Source: an uncultured Chloroflexia bacterium
Lineage (GTDB): Bacteria > Chloroflexota > Dehalococcoidia > UBA2979
Direction: 5' to 3'
Assembly (NCBI GenBank): GCA_963728205.1
Contig: CAVSIV010000001.1
Coordinates: 448,001 to 512,000 of the forward strand
Length of the DNA: 64,000 nt
Positions 28,482 through 38,208 of the stretch are shown piece after piece (position 1 is the stretch's first letter; each line of letters begins with the position of its first letter). Position numbers and translations under genes: made by a program. The notes below the pieces were generated by a model, which saw only the letters and a list, made by a program, of their open reading frames with translations, was not told where the DNA came from and did no database searches.

Positions 28482-29960
28482 GTGCGCGCGCTCGTCTTCG
28501 GCGCGACCGGGTACATCGGCTCGAACCTGGTGCCGCGGCTCCTCGCGGCGGGATATGTGGTGCGGGCGAGCAGCCGCCGTCGCGACGTGCTCGAGGGACG
28601 TGCCTGGACCGGCGTCGAGATCGTCGCGGCCGACGCGCTGCGGCCCGAGACGCTCGACGCGGCGCTCGCCGGGGTCGACGTCGCGTACTACCTCGTGCAC
28701 TCGATGGCGGCGGGCGGCGCGTTCGCCGTGCGAGACCGCGACGCCGCGCGGCACTTTCGCGAGGCGGCGGCGCGCGCGGGCGTGCGGCGCATCGTCTACC
28801 TCGGCGGGCTGCAGGGCGGCACCGGGGGCGGGGAGGACGGCAGGGGCGCGCCGTCCCCGCACCTGGCCTCGCGCCGCGAGACGGGCGACGAGCTGAGGGC
28901 GGGCGCCGTGCCGGTGACCGAACTGCGCGCGGGTGTGATCGTCGGCCCGGGGTCGGCGGCCTTCGAGGTGATCCGCGACCTCGTCTACCACCTGCCGGTG
29001 ATGATCACGCCGCGGTGGGTGCGCTCACGCACACAGCCGGTCGCGCTCGCCGACGTCCTCGAGTACCTGGTGCGCGTCGCCGAGATCGATGCCGCCGGCG
29101 GCCAGATCTACGACGTGGGCGGGCCCGACGTGCTGACCTACGGCGCGATGCTGCGACAGTTTGCGAGCGTCGTCGGCCGGCGCCTGTGGGTGCTGCCGGT
29201 GCCGGTCCTCACGCCCCGGCTCTCCTCGTACTGGCTCGACCTCGTGACGGCGGTGCCGGCGAGCGTCGCGCGACCGCTGATCGACGGCCTGACTCACGAC
29301 CTGCTTGCGGACGACGGCGCGATCCGTGCGCTCGCGCCGATTCCGCTGCACACATACCGCGAGGCGGCGCTGGCGGCGCTCGAAGCGGAACGTGGCTCGG
29401 CCGTGAGCGGCCGGTGGACGGAGGGCGGGTTCGCGCTGCGAAGGTCTCGCCACGACATCTCGTACTACAGCAAGACCGAGCGCGCCGAGGCCATCGCCGC
29501 CGTCCCCGCGGAATCGGTGTGGCGTCAGATCGAGTCGATCGGCGGACGCAACGGCTGGTACTGGAACACGTGGCTGTGGCGGGCACGCGGCGCCGTCGAT
29601 CGCCTCGCCGGCGGCGTCGGCATGCGGCGCGGCCGCCGCGATCCGCGGACGCTCCGCGTGGGCGATGCGTTGGACTTCTGGCGCGTCGTCGACATCGAGC
29701 CGGGCCGACGGCTCACGCTCCTCGCGGAAATGAAGGTGCCCGGCAGCGCGGTGCTCGAGCTCGCGGTGGAGCCGGACGGCGCGGACCGCGCACGCGTGAT
29801 CACCACCGCGCACTTCCACCCGGCGGGCGTCGCGGGCCTGCTCTACTGGTACCCGCTGCTCCCGGTGCACCGCATGATCTTCCGCGAGATGACGCGCGCG
29901 ATCGCACGTCGCGCCGAGGCAGCTCGGGACGAGGCGCCGGGCGCGCCGGCGGCTCGCTGA
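28482..29960 (+). CDS. Atypical SDR oxidoreductase with C-terminal DUF2867 (YbjT-like)
   Basis: GATGYIG, YYLVHSM, SPHLASR, IGGRNGWY, DALDFWRV, AEMKVPG. Confidence 0.9.
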   Translation: MRALVFGATGYIGSNLVPRLLAAGYVVRASSRRRDVLEGRAWTGVEIVAADALRPETLDAALAGVDVAYYLVHSMAAGGAFAVRDRDAARHFREAAARAGVRRIVYLGGLQGGTGGGEDGRGAPSPHLASRRETGDELRAGAVPVTELRAGVIVGPGSAAFEVIRDLVYHLPVMITPRWVRSRTQPVALADVLEYLVRVAEIDAAGGQIYDVGGPDVLTYGAMLRQFASVVGRRLWVLPVPVLTPRLSSYWLDLVTAVPASVARPLIDGLTHDLLADDGAIRALAPIPLHTYREAALAALEAERGSAVSGRWTEGGFALRRSRHDISYYSKTERAEAIAAVPAESVWRQIESIGGRNGWYWNTWLWRARGAVDRLAGGVGMRRGRRDPRTLRVGDALDFWRVVDIEPGRRLTLLAEMKVPGSAVLELAVEPDGADRARVITTAHFHPAGVAGLLYWYPLLPVHRMIFREMTRAIARRAEAARDEAPGAPAAR

Positions 29961-29972
29961 CCGCGTGGCCCG

Positions 29973-30488
29973 CTACCGCGCGGGCGCGAACTCCACGATC
30001 TCGCTGTGCAGGTGGCCGCCGTTGATCTCCAGCACGGCATAGGTGCCCGGGACCATGAACGACGCGTATCCCTGGCCGGGGTTCACGAACCGCACGCCGT
30101 CCACGATCGCGTTGAGCGGCTCGTGGATGTGCCCGTAGCAGATCACGTCGAGCGTGCCGAAGTCCTCCTCGGGGAAGTCCGGGAACAGCTGCTGGGGTGG
30201 GAACTCCGGGCCGCCCCACGCCGGGTGCGTCACCCCGATGCGCACGCCGTCGATCTCAATCAGCTCGCGATAGGGGAGCGCCTGCCGCAACTCGAACGGG
30301 TCGGAGTTGCCGTGCACCACCACCGCGCGGCGCGTGCTGGCGCGAAAGCCGGCGACGGCATCGAGGTGCACCCAGTCGCCGCAGTGAATGGCGATGTCGG
30401 CGGCCGCGACGGCCGCGCGGAGTGTCTCGTGCGCGTGCTCCCAGCGGCGGAGGTGGGTATCGCCGGTCACCACGATGCGCGTCGTCAT
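29973..30488 (-). CDS. YfcE-type metallophosphoesterase
   Basis: DTH, HCGD, GNSD, GHIH, NPG. Confidence 0.9.
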   Translation of the reverse strand: MTTRIVVTGDTHLRRWEHAHETLRAAVAAADIAIHCGDWVHLDAVAGFRASTRRAVVVHGNSDPFELRQALPYRELIEIDGVRIGVTHPAWGGPEFPPQQLFPDFPEEDFGTLDVICYGHIHEPLNAIVDGVRFVNPGQGYASFMVPGTYAVLEINGGHLHSEIVEFAPAR

Positions 30489-30562
30489 GGCGGCCTAGTG
30501 TGGCGGCTGACGCCCGTGGGATCGAGCGCGGGCCCGCCGCGGGGGCTCAGCCCGCGATCCGG

Positions 30563-31165
30563 TTAGCCTCCGCGCGAGTACGTTCCGACGAGCGTCGCGT
30601 CCGCGATCACGTGGCCGGACATCGCGTCGAGCACCGCCTGCTTGGCCGCGCCCTCCGCGAGCTCGAGCGGTGCGTCGAGCGCGAAGACCCGGAACACGTA
30701 GCGGTGCGTGCCGGACGGCGGGCATGGGCCCCCGTAGCCGGTGCGTCCCCAGGAGTTCGTTCCCGGCGTGCCGAGCGACTCGACCGCCCCGGGCAGCTCG
30801 AGTCCCCGCGGGGAGATGTTGTAGGCCACCCAGTGATCCCACGTGCCGTTCGGCGCGTCGGGGTCGTCCATCACCAGCGCGAGCGCCTGCGCGTCGGCCG
30901 GGATGTCCGCGACGGCGAGCGGGGGCGAGACGTCGTCGCCGTCGCAGGTGAAGCGGGATGGGATCGCGCCCTGGTCGGTGAACGCCGGGGACGACAGCTG
31001 CATGGGGACCTCCTTGGTCGTGAGCGTTGCGGCCGCGGCCGTCGAGGCGGGCACGCCGTGCGAGGGACCGCGGCAGGCGGCGAGCACGAGCGCGAGCGCG
31101 CAGAGGGCGGTCGCGGCCGGAACGCCGCGACCCCGGCGCCACCCGCCCCGCCGCACGGTGCGCAT
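30563..31165 (-). CDS. YbhB/YbcL (PEBP) family protein, possible lipoprotein; start uncertain
   Basis: DDPDAP, HWV, YGGPCPPSGTHRY; LAAC lipobox. Confidence 0.88.
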   Translation of the reverse strand: MRTVRRGGWRRGRGVPAATALCALALVLAACRGPSHGVPASTAAAATLTTKEVPMQLSSPAFTDQGAIPSRFTCDGDDVSPPLAVADIPADAQALALVMDDPDAPNGTWDHWVAYNISPRGLELPGAVESLGTPGTNSWGRTGYGGPCPPSGTHRYVFRVFALDAPLELAEGAAKQAVLDAMSGHVIADATLVGTYSRGG

Positions 31166-31275
31166 AGATCGATCATGCGGGGCGCTGTCACGCGCGTGCG
31201 GCGGGTCGTGTCCCGCGGGCGCGTGCGTCGCGCTATCGTGTCGACTGTCCGGCGGGGTTGCGGGACGGACCCTCG

Positions 31276-32331
31276 ATGGAACTCGCAGCCGCAGCCCTCG
31301 TCGGCGTGCTCGCCGGCCTCCTCGCCGCCGCACTCGCCTTCGCCGCCGTCGCCCGCTCGCGCCGGAGCGACGTCACGGAAGAGCGCCTCCGCACCCTCGA
31401 GCAGGGCATCGACGCCGGGCTGCGCGAGGTCCGCGACTCCGTCACCCGCGTGGCGCAGGTCGTGCACGACGTCGACGGCGCCCGCGGCGAGTCGATCGCG
31501 AACCTGGCGGCGGTGGTGCGCGAGAGCCAGCGACAGGTCGACACGCTCTCGTCGTCGGCGTCGCGCCTGACGACGCTCCTGGGCGGCAACCAGGCTCGCG
31601 GCCAGTGGGGCGAGCGCGTCGCGGACGACATTCTGCGCGCGGCGGGGTTCGTCGACGGCGTGAACTACGAGCGCAACCGCCGCGTCGACGGCGGCGCGAC
31701 GCGCCCCGACTTCACGTTTCGGCTGCCGGAGGGCCGCGTCCTGCACATGGACGTGAAGTTCCCGCTCGCGAACTACGCGCGCTACGTCGAGGCGGTGGAC
31801 GACGTCGACCGCCAGGCCGCGCTGCGCCAGTTCCTCGCCGACGTCCGCACCAGCGTGAAGAGCGTGACGACGCGCGAGTACATCGACCCCGAGGGCGGCA
31901 CGCTCGACTTCGTGCTGCTGTTCATCCCCAACGAACAGGTTTACGGGTTCATTCACGAGCACGATGCGCGGCTCGTCGACGACGCGCTGGCGCAGCGGGT
32001 CGTGCTGTGCTCGCCGCTGTCGCTGTTCGCAGTGCTCGCCGTGATCCGCCGGGCGGCCGACGCGCTGGCGTTCGAGCAGCACGCCGACGAGATCGTGCGC
32101 GCGCTTGGCGCCTTCAGCGCCCAGTGGATCCGCTACCGCGACGCCATCGACACGGTGGCGCGGCGCCTCGACTCCGCGCAGAAGGCGCTCGACGACGTGC
32201 GAGGCGTGCGCACGCGGCAGCTCGAGCGGCAGATGGATCGCGTGGAGCAGCTGCGGCTGGAGGCGGGCATCGAGCTGGACGCGGAGCCGCTGCCGGACGA
32301 CGAGGAGCCCGCAAGCGTGGAGCCCGTCTAG
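31276..32331 (+). CDS. rmuC: DNA recombination protein RmuC
   Basis: N-terminal TM, RGQWGE, RPD...LP, DVKFPL, DFVLLFIPNE. Confidence 0.92.
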   Translation: MELAAAALVGVLAGLLAAALAFAAVARSRRSDVTEERLRTLEQGIDAGLREVRDSVTRVAQVVHDVDGARGESIANLAAVVRESQRQVDTLSSSASRLTTLLGGNQARGQWGERVADDILRAAGFVDGVNYERNRRVDGGATRPDFTFRLPEGRVLHMDVKFPLANYARYVEAVDDVDRQAALRQFLADVRTSVKSVTTREYIDPEGGTLDFVLLFIPNEQVYGFIHEHDARLVDDALAQRVVLCSPLSLFAVLAVIRRAADALAFEQHADEIVRALGAFSAQWIRYRDAIDTVARRLDSAQKALDDVRGVRTRQLERQMDRVEQLRLEAGIELDAEPLPDDEEPASVEPV

Positions 32332-32537
32332 GGGATGCGCCGGTCGCGCAGGCCCGGGAGCGGGGCGGCCAGCGGGTCCGCGGGCAGCGTGCTCTCGTCG
32401 ACCAGCCCCTTCGGACGCCACGCACCCCCCTGAGCCTGAGCGATCGAGGTGCTAGCATGCCCGGCGGGTTCCGGGCAGGGCGCGCCCCGCGCCGTTCGAC
32501 GTGCCCGCCCACCGCATCCGAGCACGGAAGAGGCCGT

Positions 32538-33698
32538 ATGAAGCTGCACGAGTACCAGGCGAAGGAACTGCTCGCCCGCTACGGGGTGCCGGTCCCGCAG
32601 GGCCGCGTCGCACGCACGCCCGAGGAGGCCGAGGCGATCGCCTCCGAGCTGGGCGGCAAGGTCGTGGTGAAGGCGCAGGCGCACACCGGCGGCCGCGGCA
32701 AGGGCGGCGGCGTGAAGCTCGCCAGCTCGCCGGCCGAGGCGAAGCAGGCGGCGTCCGAGATCCTCGGGATGCAGCTCGTCACCCACCAGACCGGGGCGGG
32801 CGGGCTGCCGGTCTCCGCGGTGCTCGTGGAGGAGCAGATCGCGATCGACCGCGAGCTCTACCTCAGCGTGACGATCGACAACTCCGCGGGCATGCCGATC
32901 GTGATCGCGTCGGCCGCCGGCGGCATGGACATCGAGCAGGTCGCCGAGGAGTCGCCGGAGCAGATTCACCGCCAGAACGTGCACCCGACGACCGGATTCA
33001 TGCCGTACCAGGCGCGCTCGCTCGCCTTCGCGACCGGGCTCACCGGGGACCTCATGGCAGGCGCCACGTCGGTCATGACCGCGCTGGTGAAGGCGTTCCA
33101 CGAGAACGACGGCTCGCTCGCCGAGATCAACCCGCTCGTCGTGACGAAGGACGGCCGCATCCTCGCCGCCGACGCGAAGTTCTCAGTCGACGACAACGCG
33201 GACTTCCGGCACAAGGACCTCGTCGCGCTGCGCGACACCTCGCAGGAGGACCCGCGGGAGGTCGAGGCGCACGCGGCCGGCATCCAGAACTACGTGAAGC
33301 TCGACGGCAATATCGGCTGCCTGGTCAACGGCGCCGGCCTCGCGATGGCGACGATGGATGCGATCAAGTTCGAGGGCGGCCAGCCCGCGAACTTCCTCGA
33401 CATCGGCACGGCGAACAGCGTCGACGCGGTGGTCGCGGCGCTGAAGATCATCGGCGCCGACCCCGAGGTGAAGGCGGTGCTCGTCAACATCTTCGGCGGG
33501 CTCGCGCGCACCGACATCATCGCCGAGGGCGTGGTGGCCGCGAAGCAGTCGGGCGCGATCACGCAGCCGACGGTCGTGCGGCTGGCCGGGACGAACGTCG
33601 AGGCGGGCCTGCGCATCCTCGACGAGTCGGGCATCGAGCTGGTGCGCGCGGACGGCTTCGCCGAGGCGGCGCGCAAGGCGGTCGAGGCCGCCGGCTAG
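32538..33698 (+). CDS. sucC: Succinyl-CoA synthetase beta subunit
   Basis: MKLHEYQAK, GGRGKGGG, EINPL, NGAGLAMATMD, ANFLD, NIFGG. Confidence 0.95.
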   Translation: MKLHEYQAKELLARYGVPVPQGRVARTPEEAEAIASELGGKVVVKAQAHTGGRGKGGGVKLASSPAEAKQAASEILGMQLVTHQTGAGGLPVSAVLVEEQIAIDRELYLSVTIDNSAGMPIVIASAAGGMDIEQVAEESPEQIHRQNVHPTTGFMPYQARSLAFATGLTGDLMAGATSVMTALVKAFHENDGSLAEINPLVVTKDGRILAADAKFSVDDNADFRHKDLVALRDTSQEDPREVEAHAAGIQNYVKLDGNIGCLVNGAGLAMATMDAIKFEGGQPANFLDIGTANSVDAVVAALKIIGADPEVKAVLVNIFGGLARTDIIAEGVVAAKQSGAITQPTVVRLAGTNVEAGLRILDESGIELVRADGFAEAARKAVEAAG

Positions 33699-33755
33699 CC
33701 GCGCCGGGCGCCCGCACACACGAGACAGCGACTGCACGGGAGACGCGAGGCAGAC

Positions 33756-34637
33756 ATGGCCGTCCTGATGAACTCCGAGAGCCGGGTCGTGATCCAGGGC
33801 TTCGGCTCCGCGGGGCAGCGCGAGGCGATGACCTCGCGGACCTACGGCACGCAGGTCGTCGCGGGCGTCACGCCCGGGCGCGGCGGTCAGGAGATCGAAG
33901 GCTTCCCCATTCGCAACACGGTGCGCGACGCCGTCGACGAGTTCGCCGCCAACGTGTCACTGATCTTCGTACCGGCGGCCTTCGCGGCCGACGCAATCGT
34001 GGAGGCCGCCGACGCCGGCGTGCCGGTCGCGATCTGCATCACCGAGGGCATCCCGCCGCTCGACATGGTGAAGGTGAAGGCGTACCTGCGCTCGTCGGCG
34101 ACCACCCTGATCGGCCCGAACTGCCCCGGCGTGATCTCGCCGTCCGAGCGGGCGCGCGCCGGCATCATGCCGTACGACGTGTACCTCCCCGGCAACGTCG
34201 GCGTGATCTCGCGCTCGGGCACGCTCGTCTACGAGACCGTCGACCAACTCACGCGTCTCGGCATCGGCCAGTCCTCCAGCGTCGGCGTCGGCGGCGACCC
34301 AATCATCGGGACGACGCAGCGGCAGGCCCTGCAGATGTTCGAGGAGGACGAGGAGACGGCGGCCGTCGTGATGATCGGCGAGATCGGCGGCACGGCCGAG
34401 CAGGAGGCCGCGGAGTACATCAAGCAGATGTCGAAGCCGGTGGTCGCATTCATCGCTGGCGCGACGGCGCCGCCGGGACGCCGCATGGGGCACGCCGGCG
34501 CGATCATCGCCGGCAAGGCGGGGACGGCGCAGGCGAAGCAGTCAGCGCTGATGGAGGCCGGCGCGACGGTGGTCCAGTCGCCGTCGACGATCGGCGAGAC
34601 GATGCAGCGGGTGCTGAAGGAGCGCGGACTGGCCTAG
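33756..34637 (+). CDS. sucD: Succinyl-CoA synthetase alpha subunit
   Basis: ITEGIP, GPNCPG, SRSGTL, GEIGG, RMGHAGA. Confidence 0.95.
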   Translation: MAVLMNSESRVVIQGFGSAGQREAMTSRTYGTQVVAGVTPGRGGQEIEGFPIRNTVRDAVDEFAANVSLIFVPAAFAADAIVEAADAGVPVAICITEGIPPLDMVKVKAYLRSSATTLIGPNCPGVISPSERARAGIMPYDVYLPGNVGVISRSGTLVYETVDQLTRLGIGQSSSVGVGGDPIIGTTQRQALQMFEEDEETAAVVMIGEIGGTAEQEAAEYIKQMSKPVVAFIAGATAPPGRRMGHAGAIIAGKAGTAQAKQSALMEAGATVVQSPSTIGETMQRVLKERGLA

Positions 34638-34713
34638 CCCCGGCGCGGGGCAGGCGGGCCAAACGCGCGCCCGGCCGACCACGCGGCCGGGCGGCGCGGC
34701 GGCGTGGCGGAGA

Positions 34714-34872
34714 TTACGCCTCGGCCGGTTCCAGGTACTTCTTCGGGTTGCCGATGAAGCGGTTGCGGCAGCCCATGTCGTTGAAGTAGTACCACGCACC
34801 GTCGTGGTTCCACTTCAGGCCCTTCTCCGAGTCGAAGCTCTTCCCGCACACCATGCAGGTCTGCTCGGACAT
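34714..34872 (-). CDS. Small YHS/TRASH-domain protein, 52 aa
   Basis: CMVCG...HDGAWYYFNDMGCRNRF..NPKKY; GGGGAG RBS. Confidence 0.8.
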   Translation of the reverse strand: MSEQTCMVCGKSFDSEKGLKWNHDGAWYYFNDMGCRNRFIGNPKKYLEPAEA

Positions 34873-34969
34873 CTGCTCCCCCTTGCTTGCCACCACGTGA
34901 GCGACCCGGATTATACGACGCATGTCATCTGTGCTTGCGGCGCCGTTCACAATCGCCGCGCCGAAGCGA

Positions 34970-35338
34970 TCAGCGTGCCGCGGCGGAATGTTCGCGGATG
35001 AGCGCGGCGAGCAGGCTGCGGTGGCAGCGCTCGTTCGGGTGCGACCCGCACAACAGGGTGACGCCTGTCGACACTGCCATGCGCGCGACCCACTCGACGA
35101 GCCCGGACCGCCCCGCCATCTCCGCGCGGTAGCGACGCGCGAAGTCGTCCCACTCGATGCGGTCGCGCTGAAAGTCGTCGAGAAGGTCGGGGGACGGGCC
35201 GAGGTCCCGTTCCCACTGGTCGACCGCACCCTTCTTCACGCCGCGCGGCCAGCGGCGCATCACGAGCACGCGCGGGTACGGCTCGTCGGGCGGGTGATAC
35301 ACCGAGCCCGTTGCGATGCGGATCTCCGGCCCGCCCAC
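34970..35338 (-). CDS. DUF488 (YeaO-like) protein
   Basis: RVLVMRRWPRGVKK, LGPS..L, FARRYRAEM, TLLC, CHR. Confidence 0.85.
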   Translation of the reverse strand: MGGPEIRIATGSVYHPPDEPYPRVLVMRRWPRGVKKGAVDQWERDLGPSPDLLDDFQRDRIEWDDFARRYRAEMAGRSGLVEWVARMAVSTGVTLLCGSHPNERCHRSLLAALIREHSAAAR

Positions 35339-35339
35339 G

Positions 35340-36377
35340 TCAGGCTCCGGCGGCGGGGACGGCGGCGCCCACATGCGCCAGCTGTCCCGGGAGCCCGAGG
35401 TCCGGAGCGCCGGCGAGCGACGCGATCGCCGCGAGCTCACCGCTGTGCGCGAAGAGGTGTGCGGCGGTCCACGCCGCGCCGATCGCGTCGGTTGCGTCCA
35501 CCGCCCCGTCGCCGCTGCCGATCGCGGCGATGTGTTCCTCGCTGCGCGCGCACACGCGACGGTAGGCGTCGAGCGCGTCATCGAAGTCGCACGCCGGAGC
35601 CGGCTCGCCCGGCGGGACATCCTCCAGGCGCAGTGCCCGGAGCCAGGCGTCGCGTTCCCGGCCCTGCACGCGCTCGTTCCAGAACAGGTCCTGCGTGAGC
35701 GCGGCGTGGGCGACGACGAGCGAGCCGGCGCTCAGACGAGGCGCGAACAGCGCTCCATAGGCGGGGCGCGGGACGACGCGGGCGACGCGCTCGAGTTCGC
35801 CGCGGGCATCCCGTGCAAGCGCGACCAGCGGCGCGATGGCCTCCACGATCGCTCCGGCATCGGCTGCGGCACGAGTGCGCGTGAGCGCGCCCGGGAGACC
35901 GAGGTCGCCGGCGCCGACGAGCGATGCCACCACGGTGAGCTCGCCGGCGTGCACGAACACGTGCGCCGCGGTGCGCGCGACGAGGTACGCAGCGGGAACG
36001 ACCGGCCAGCGCGGCCCGGGATCCGCCGGCTGAGCGAGCTCGACCGGGCCCGCGGACTCGAGATACGGCCGGCTTCGCTCGGCGAGGCGCCGGAACGCCG
36101 TGCACGCTTCATCGAGATCGACCGGCACGGCAGTGCCGGGCTCAGCCGCGCGCTGTCGGCCCGTGAGATCCGCGCACCAGTCGTCGGCAGACAGCTGCCG
36201 GCAGAACACGTTCAGCCACGCGTCACAGCCGGCGGCCAGATGCCCGATCGCCCACGCGGGTGCGTTCAGCCGCCCGAGGCGGCGGTGCCGGCCGGGCGCG
36301 GGGAGCGCGTCGATCGCGCGCTCGAACTCGTCGAACGCGTCGAGCACGAGGGCACCGAGGAGCGTGCGCGCAGGCAT
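35340..36377 (-). CDS. Tandem-duplicated DinB-like protein
   Basis: Two copies of AH.F.H.GEL...ASL.GA.DLGLPG; WAIGHLA. Confidence 0.75.
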   Translation of the reverse strand: MPARTLLGALVLDAFDEFERAIDALPAPGRHRRLGRLNAPAWAIGHLAAGCDAWLNVFCRQLSADDWCADLTGRQRAAEPGTAVPVDLDEACTAFRRLAERSRPYLESAGPVELAQPADPGPRWPVVPAAYLVARTAAHVFVHAGELTVVASLVGAGDLGLPGALTRTRAAADAGAIVEAIAPLVALARDARGELERVARVVPRPAYGALFAPRLSAGSLVVAHAALTQDLFWNERVQGRERDAWLRALRLEDVPPGEPAPACDFDDALDAYRRVCARSEEHIAAIGSGDGAVDATDAIGAAWTAAHLFAHSGELAAIASLAGAPDLGLPGQLAHVGAAVPAAGA

Positions 36378-36426
36378 GCGCGGAGTCTATGTGCTGCAGC
36401 GGCTCGCGGTGATGATGGACGACAGG

Positions 36427-36594
36427 CTACGCCGCGCGTCGCCTGCGTTCGGGCGGGGCCAGGTGCGGGAACCGCGTGGGCGTGAGCACCGGCCCGGTGT
36501 CGCGCCCGACCACCAGCGCACCGGTCAGCCACTGCTGGACGAGCAGGACGCTTGCGCCGCCGAGGATGAGGCCGAGCACGATCGCGAACAGCAT
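36427..36594 (-). CDS. 55-aa single-TM protein under putative LexA control
   Basis: Not in ORF track; MLFAIVLGLILGGASVLLVQQWLTGALVVGRDTGPVLTPTRFPHLAPPERRRRAA; GGGGG RBS-like; own promoter. Confidence 0.75.
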   Translation of the reverse strand: MLFAIVLGLILGGASVLLVQQWLTGALVVGRDTGPVLTPTRFPHLAPPERRRRAA

Positions 36595-36624
36595 GTGTTG
36601 CCCCCGTTCCGCCGCACGTCGAAT

Positions 36625-36681
36625 AGAACGTGCGTTCGTTCCGAACGGGACGACAGTAGAACGCGTGTGCTATGCCGTCAA
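36625..36681 (-). promoter_or_regulatory. sigma70 promoter with two LexA (SOS) boxes
   Basis: TTGACG-N17-TACTGT; GAAC-GTGC-GTTC (36626-36637) and GAAC-GCGT-GTGC (36659-36670, in the spacer). Confidence 0.8.
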
Positions 36682-36769
36682 GAGGGGGAGCGGGGAGGGG
36701 AGGCAGAGCAGAGCGGAGCCGGAGGGGGCGGAAGTCGCGGCGCGAGCGAGCCCGGGCAGGGGGCCGACT

Positions 36770-36835
36770 GGAGCAGGGGCGGAGCAGGGACGGAGCAGGG
36801 GCGGAGCAGGGGCGGAGCAGGGATGGGGCAGGGGC
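36770..36835 (+). repeat. 11-bp G-rich tandem repeat, 6 copies
   Basis: GGAGCAGGG(G/A)C x6 with minor variants. Confidence 0.9.
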
Positions 36836-36868
36836 GCGCGGTGGAGACCACGGGCTGAGGGCGGCATC

Positions 36869-38206
36869 TCAGCCAGCTGACGCCGGACCGTTCGCCGTGA
36901 TGCTCGATCTGCCGCGGAGGTACGGACGCAGGACGCCGGGGATCTCTACCGAGCCATCTTCGAGCTGGTAGGTCTCGAGCAGGCCGGCGACGGTCCGCGG
37001 CAGCGCGAGGCCCGAGCCGTTGAGCGTGTGCATGTGGTGGATGCGGCCCTCGGCGTCGCGATAGCGGAGGTTCGCGCGGCGGCCCTGGAACGCCTCGAAG
37101 TTCGACACCGACGACACCTCGAGCCACTCGCGGGCGCCGGGCGCCCAGACCTCGATGTCATAGGTCATCGCCGAGGAGAACGTGAGGTCGCCCATCGCGA
37201 GGCGCAGCACGCGGTAGCGCAGGCCGAGCAGCCGCACGATCTCGAGCGCGTCGTCGAGCAGCCGGTCGAGCGCGGCCCACGACGCGTCCTCCGTCTCGAA
37301 CCGCACCATCTCGACCTTGTCGAACTGGTAGAGACGCTTGATGCCGCGGGTCGCCGCGCCGGCGCTGAACTGCTCGCGGCGGAAGCTCGGTGCGTACGCC
37401 GTGTAGCGCATCGGCAGCTCGACGGCGTCGATGATCTCGTCGCGGTAGAGGTTGGTGACGGGGACCTCGGCCGTCGGGTTGAGCCAGAGATCGGTGTCCT
37501 CGAGATGGAACATCGTGTTCGCGAACTTGGGGAGCTGCCCGGTGCCGACGAGCATCTCCTCCTTCACGACGGCCGGGGGGTAGATCTCCTCGTACCCCTG
37601 CTCGCGGTGCACCTCGAGCATCCACCCGATCAGCGCGCGCTGCAGCCGTGCGCCGTCGCCGCGCAGCACGAGGAAGTGCGCCCCGGCGATCTTCGCCGCT
37701 CGCTCGGCGTCGATGATGCCGAGTGCCTCGCCGATCTCCCAGTGCGGCCGCAGCGAAGCCGGTGTCGCGGGCGTCGGGTACGCCTGCATCGGCACCGGCG
37801 TCTCGAGGCGACGCTCCTCGCCGGTCGCGCCGTCGCCCTCGATCACGACGACGGAGTCGGCCTCGCCGCCGAGCGGGACGTCCGGGTGCGGCAGGTTCGG
37901 GATCTCGAGCAGGAGCGCGTTCAGCCGCTCGTCGACCTCGCGCAGGTCGTTCTCCATCGCATCGAGCCGGCCGGCGACGGCACGCTGCTCGTCGATCAGC
38001 TGCTGGCGCTCCTCGGGGCTCTTCGCCGCGCCGATCGCCTTGCCGGCGCGGTTGCGGTCCGCGCGGCGCGACTCGACGTCCGCGAGCAGCTCGCGGCGGC
38101 GATCGTCGAGCTCGAGGATGGCGTCGAGCGGCGCGTCGACGCCGCGCGCGGCGAGTGAGCGGCGCACGTCGTCGAGGCGCTCACGGATGATCGGCAGCGA
38201 GAGCAT
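36869..38206 (-). CDS. serS: Seryl-tRNA synthetase
   Basis: IPNLPH, GTGQLPKF, PTAEVP, FRRE, QFDKVE, EVSSVSN, HTLNGSGLA. Confidence 0.97.
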   Translation of the reverse strand: MLSLPIIRERLDDVRRSLAARGVDAPLDAILELDDRRRELLADVESRRADRNRAGKAIGAAKSPEERQQLIDEQRAVAGRLDAMENDLREVDERLNALLLEIPNLPHPDVPLGGEADSVVVIEGDGATGEERRLETPVPMQAYPTPATPASLRPHWEIGEALGIIDAERAAKIAGAHFLVLRGDGARLQRALIGWMLEVHREQGYEEIYPPAVVKEEMLVGTGQLPKFANTMFHLEDTDLWLNPTAEVPVTNLYRDEIIDAVELPMRYTAYAPSFRREQFSAGAATRGIKRLYQFDKVEMVRFETEDASWAALDRLLDDALEIVRLLGLRYRVLRLAMGDLTFSSAMTYDIEVWAPGAREWLEVSSVSNFEAFQGRRANLRYRDAEGRIHHMHTLNGSGLALPRTVAGLLETYQLEDGSVEIPGVLRPYLRGRSSITANGPASAG

Positions 38207-38208
38207 GC

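Noticed and set aside
26657-30025. Very long Arg/Ala/Gly-rich ORFs (1122 aa here; also 44672-47128, 52899-55664, 8938-11139)
   Set aside because: Shadow or off-frame ORFs expected at very high GC, overlapping well-supported genes
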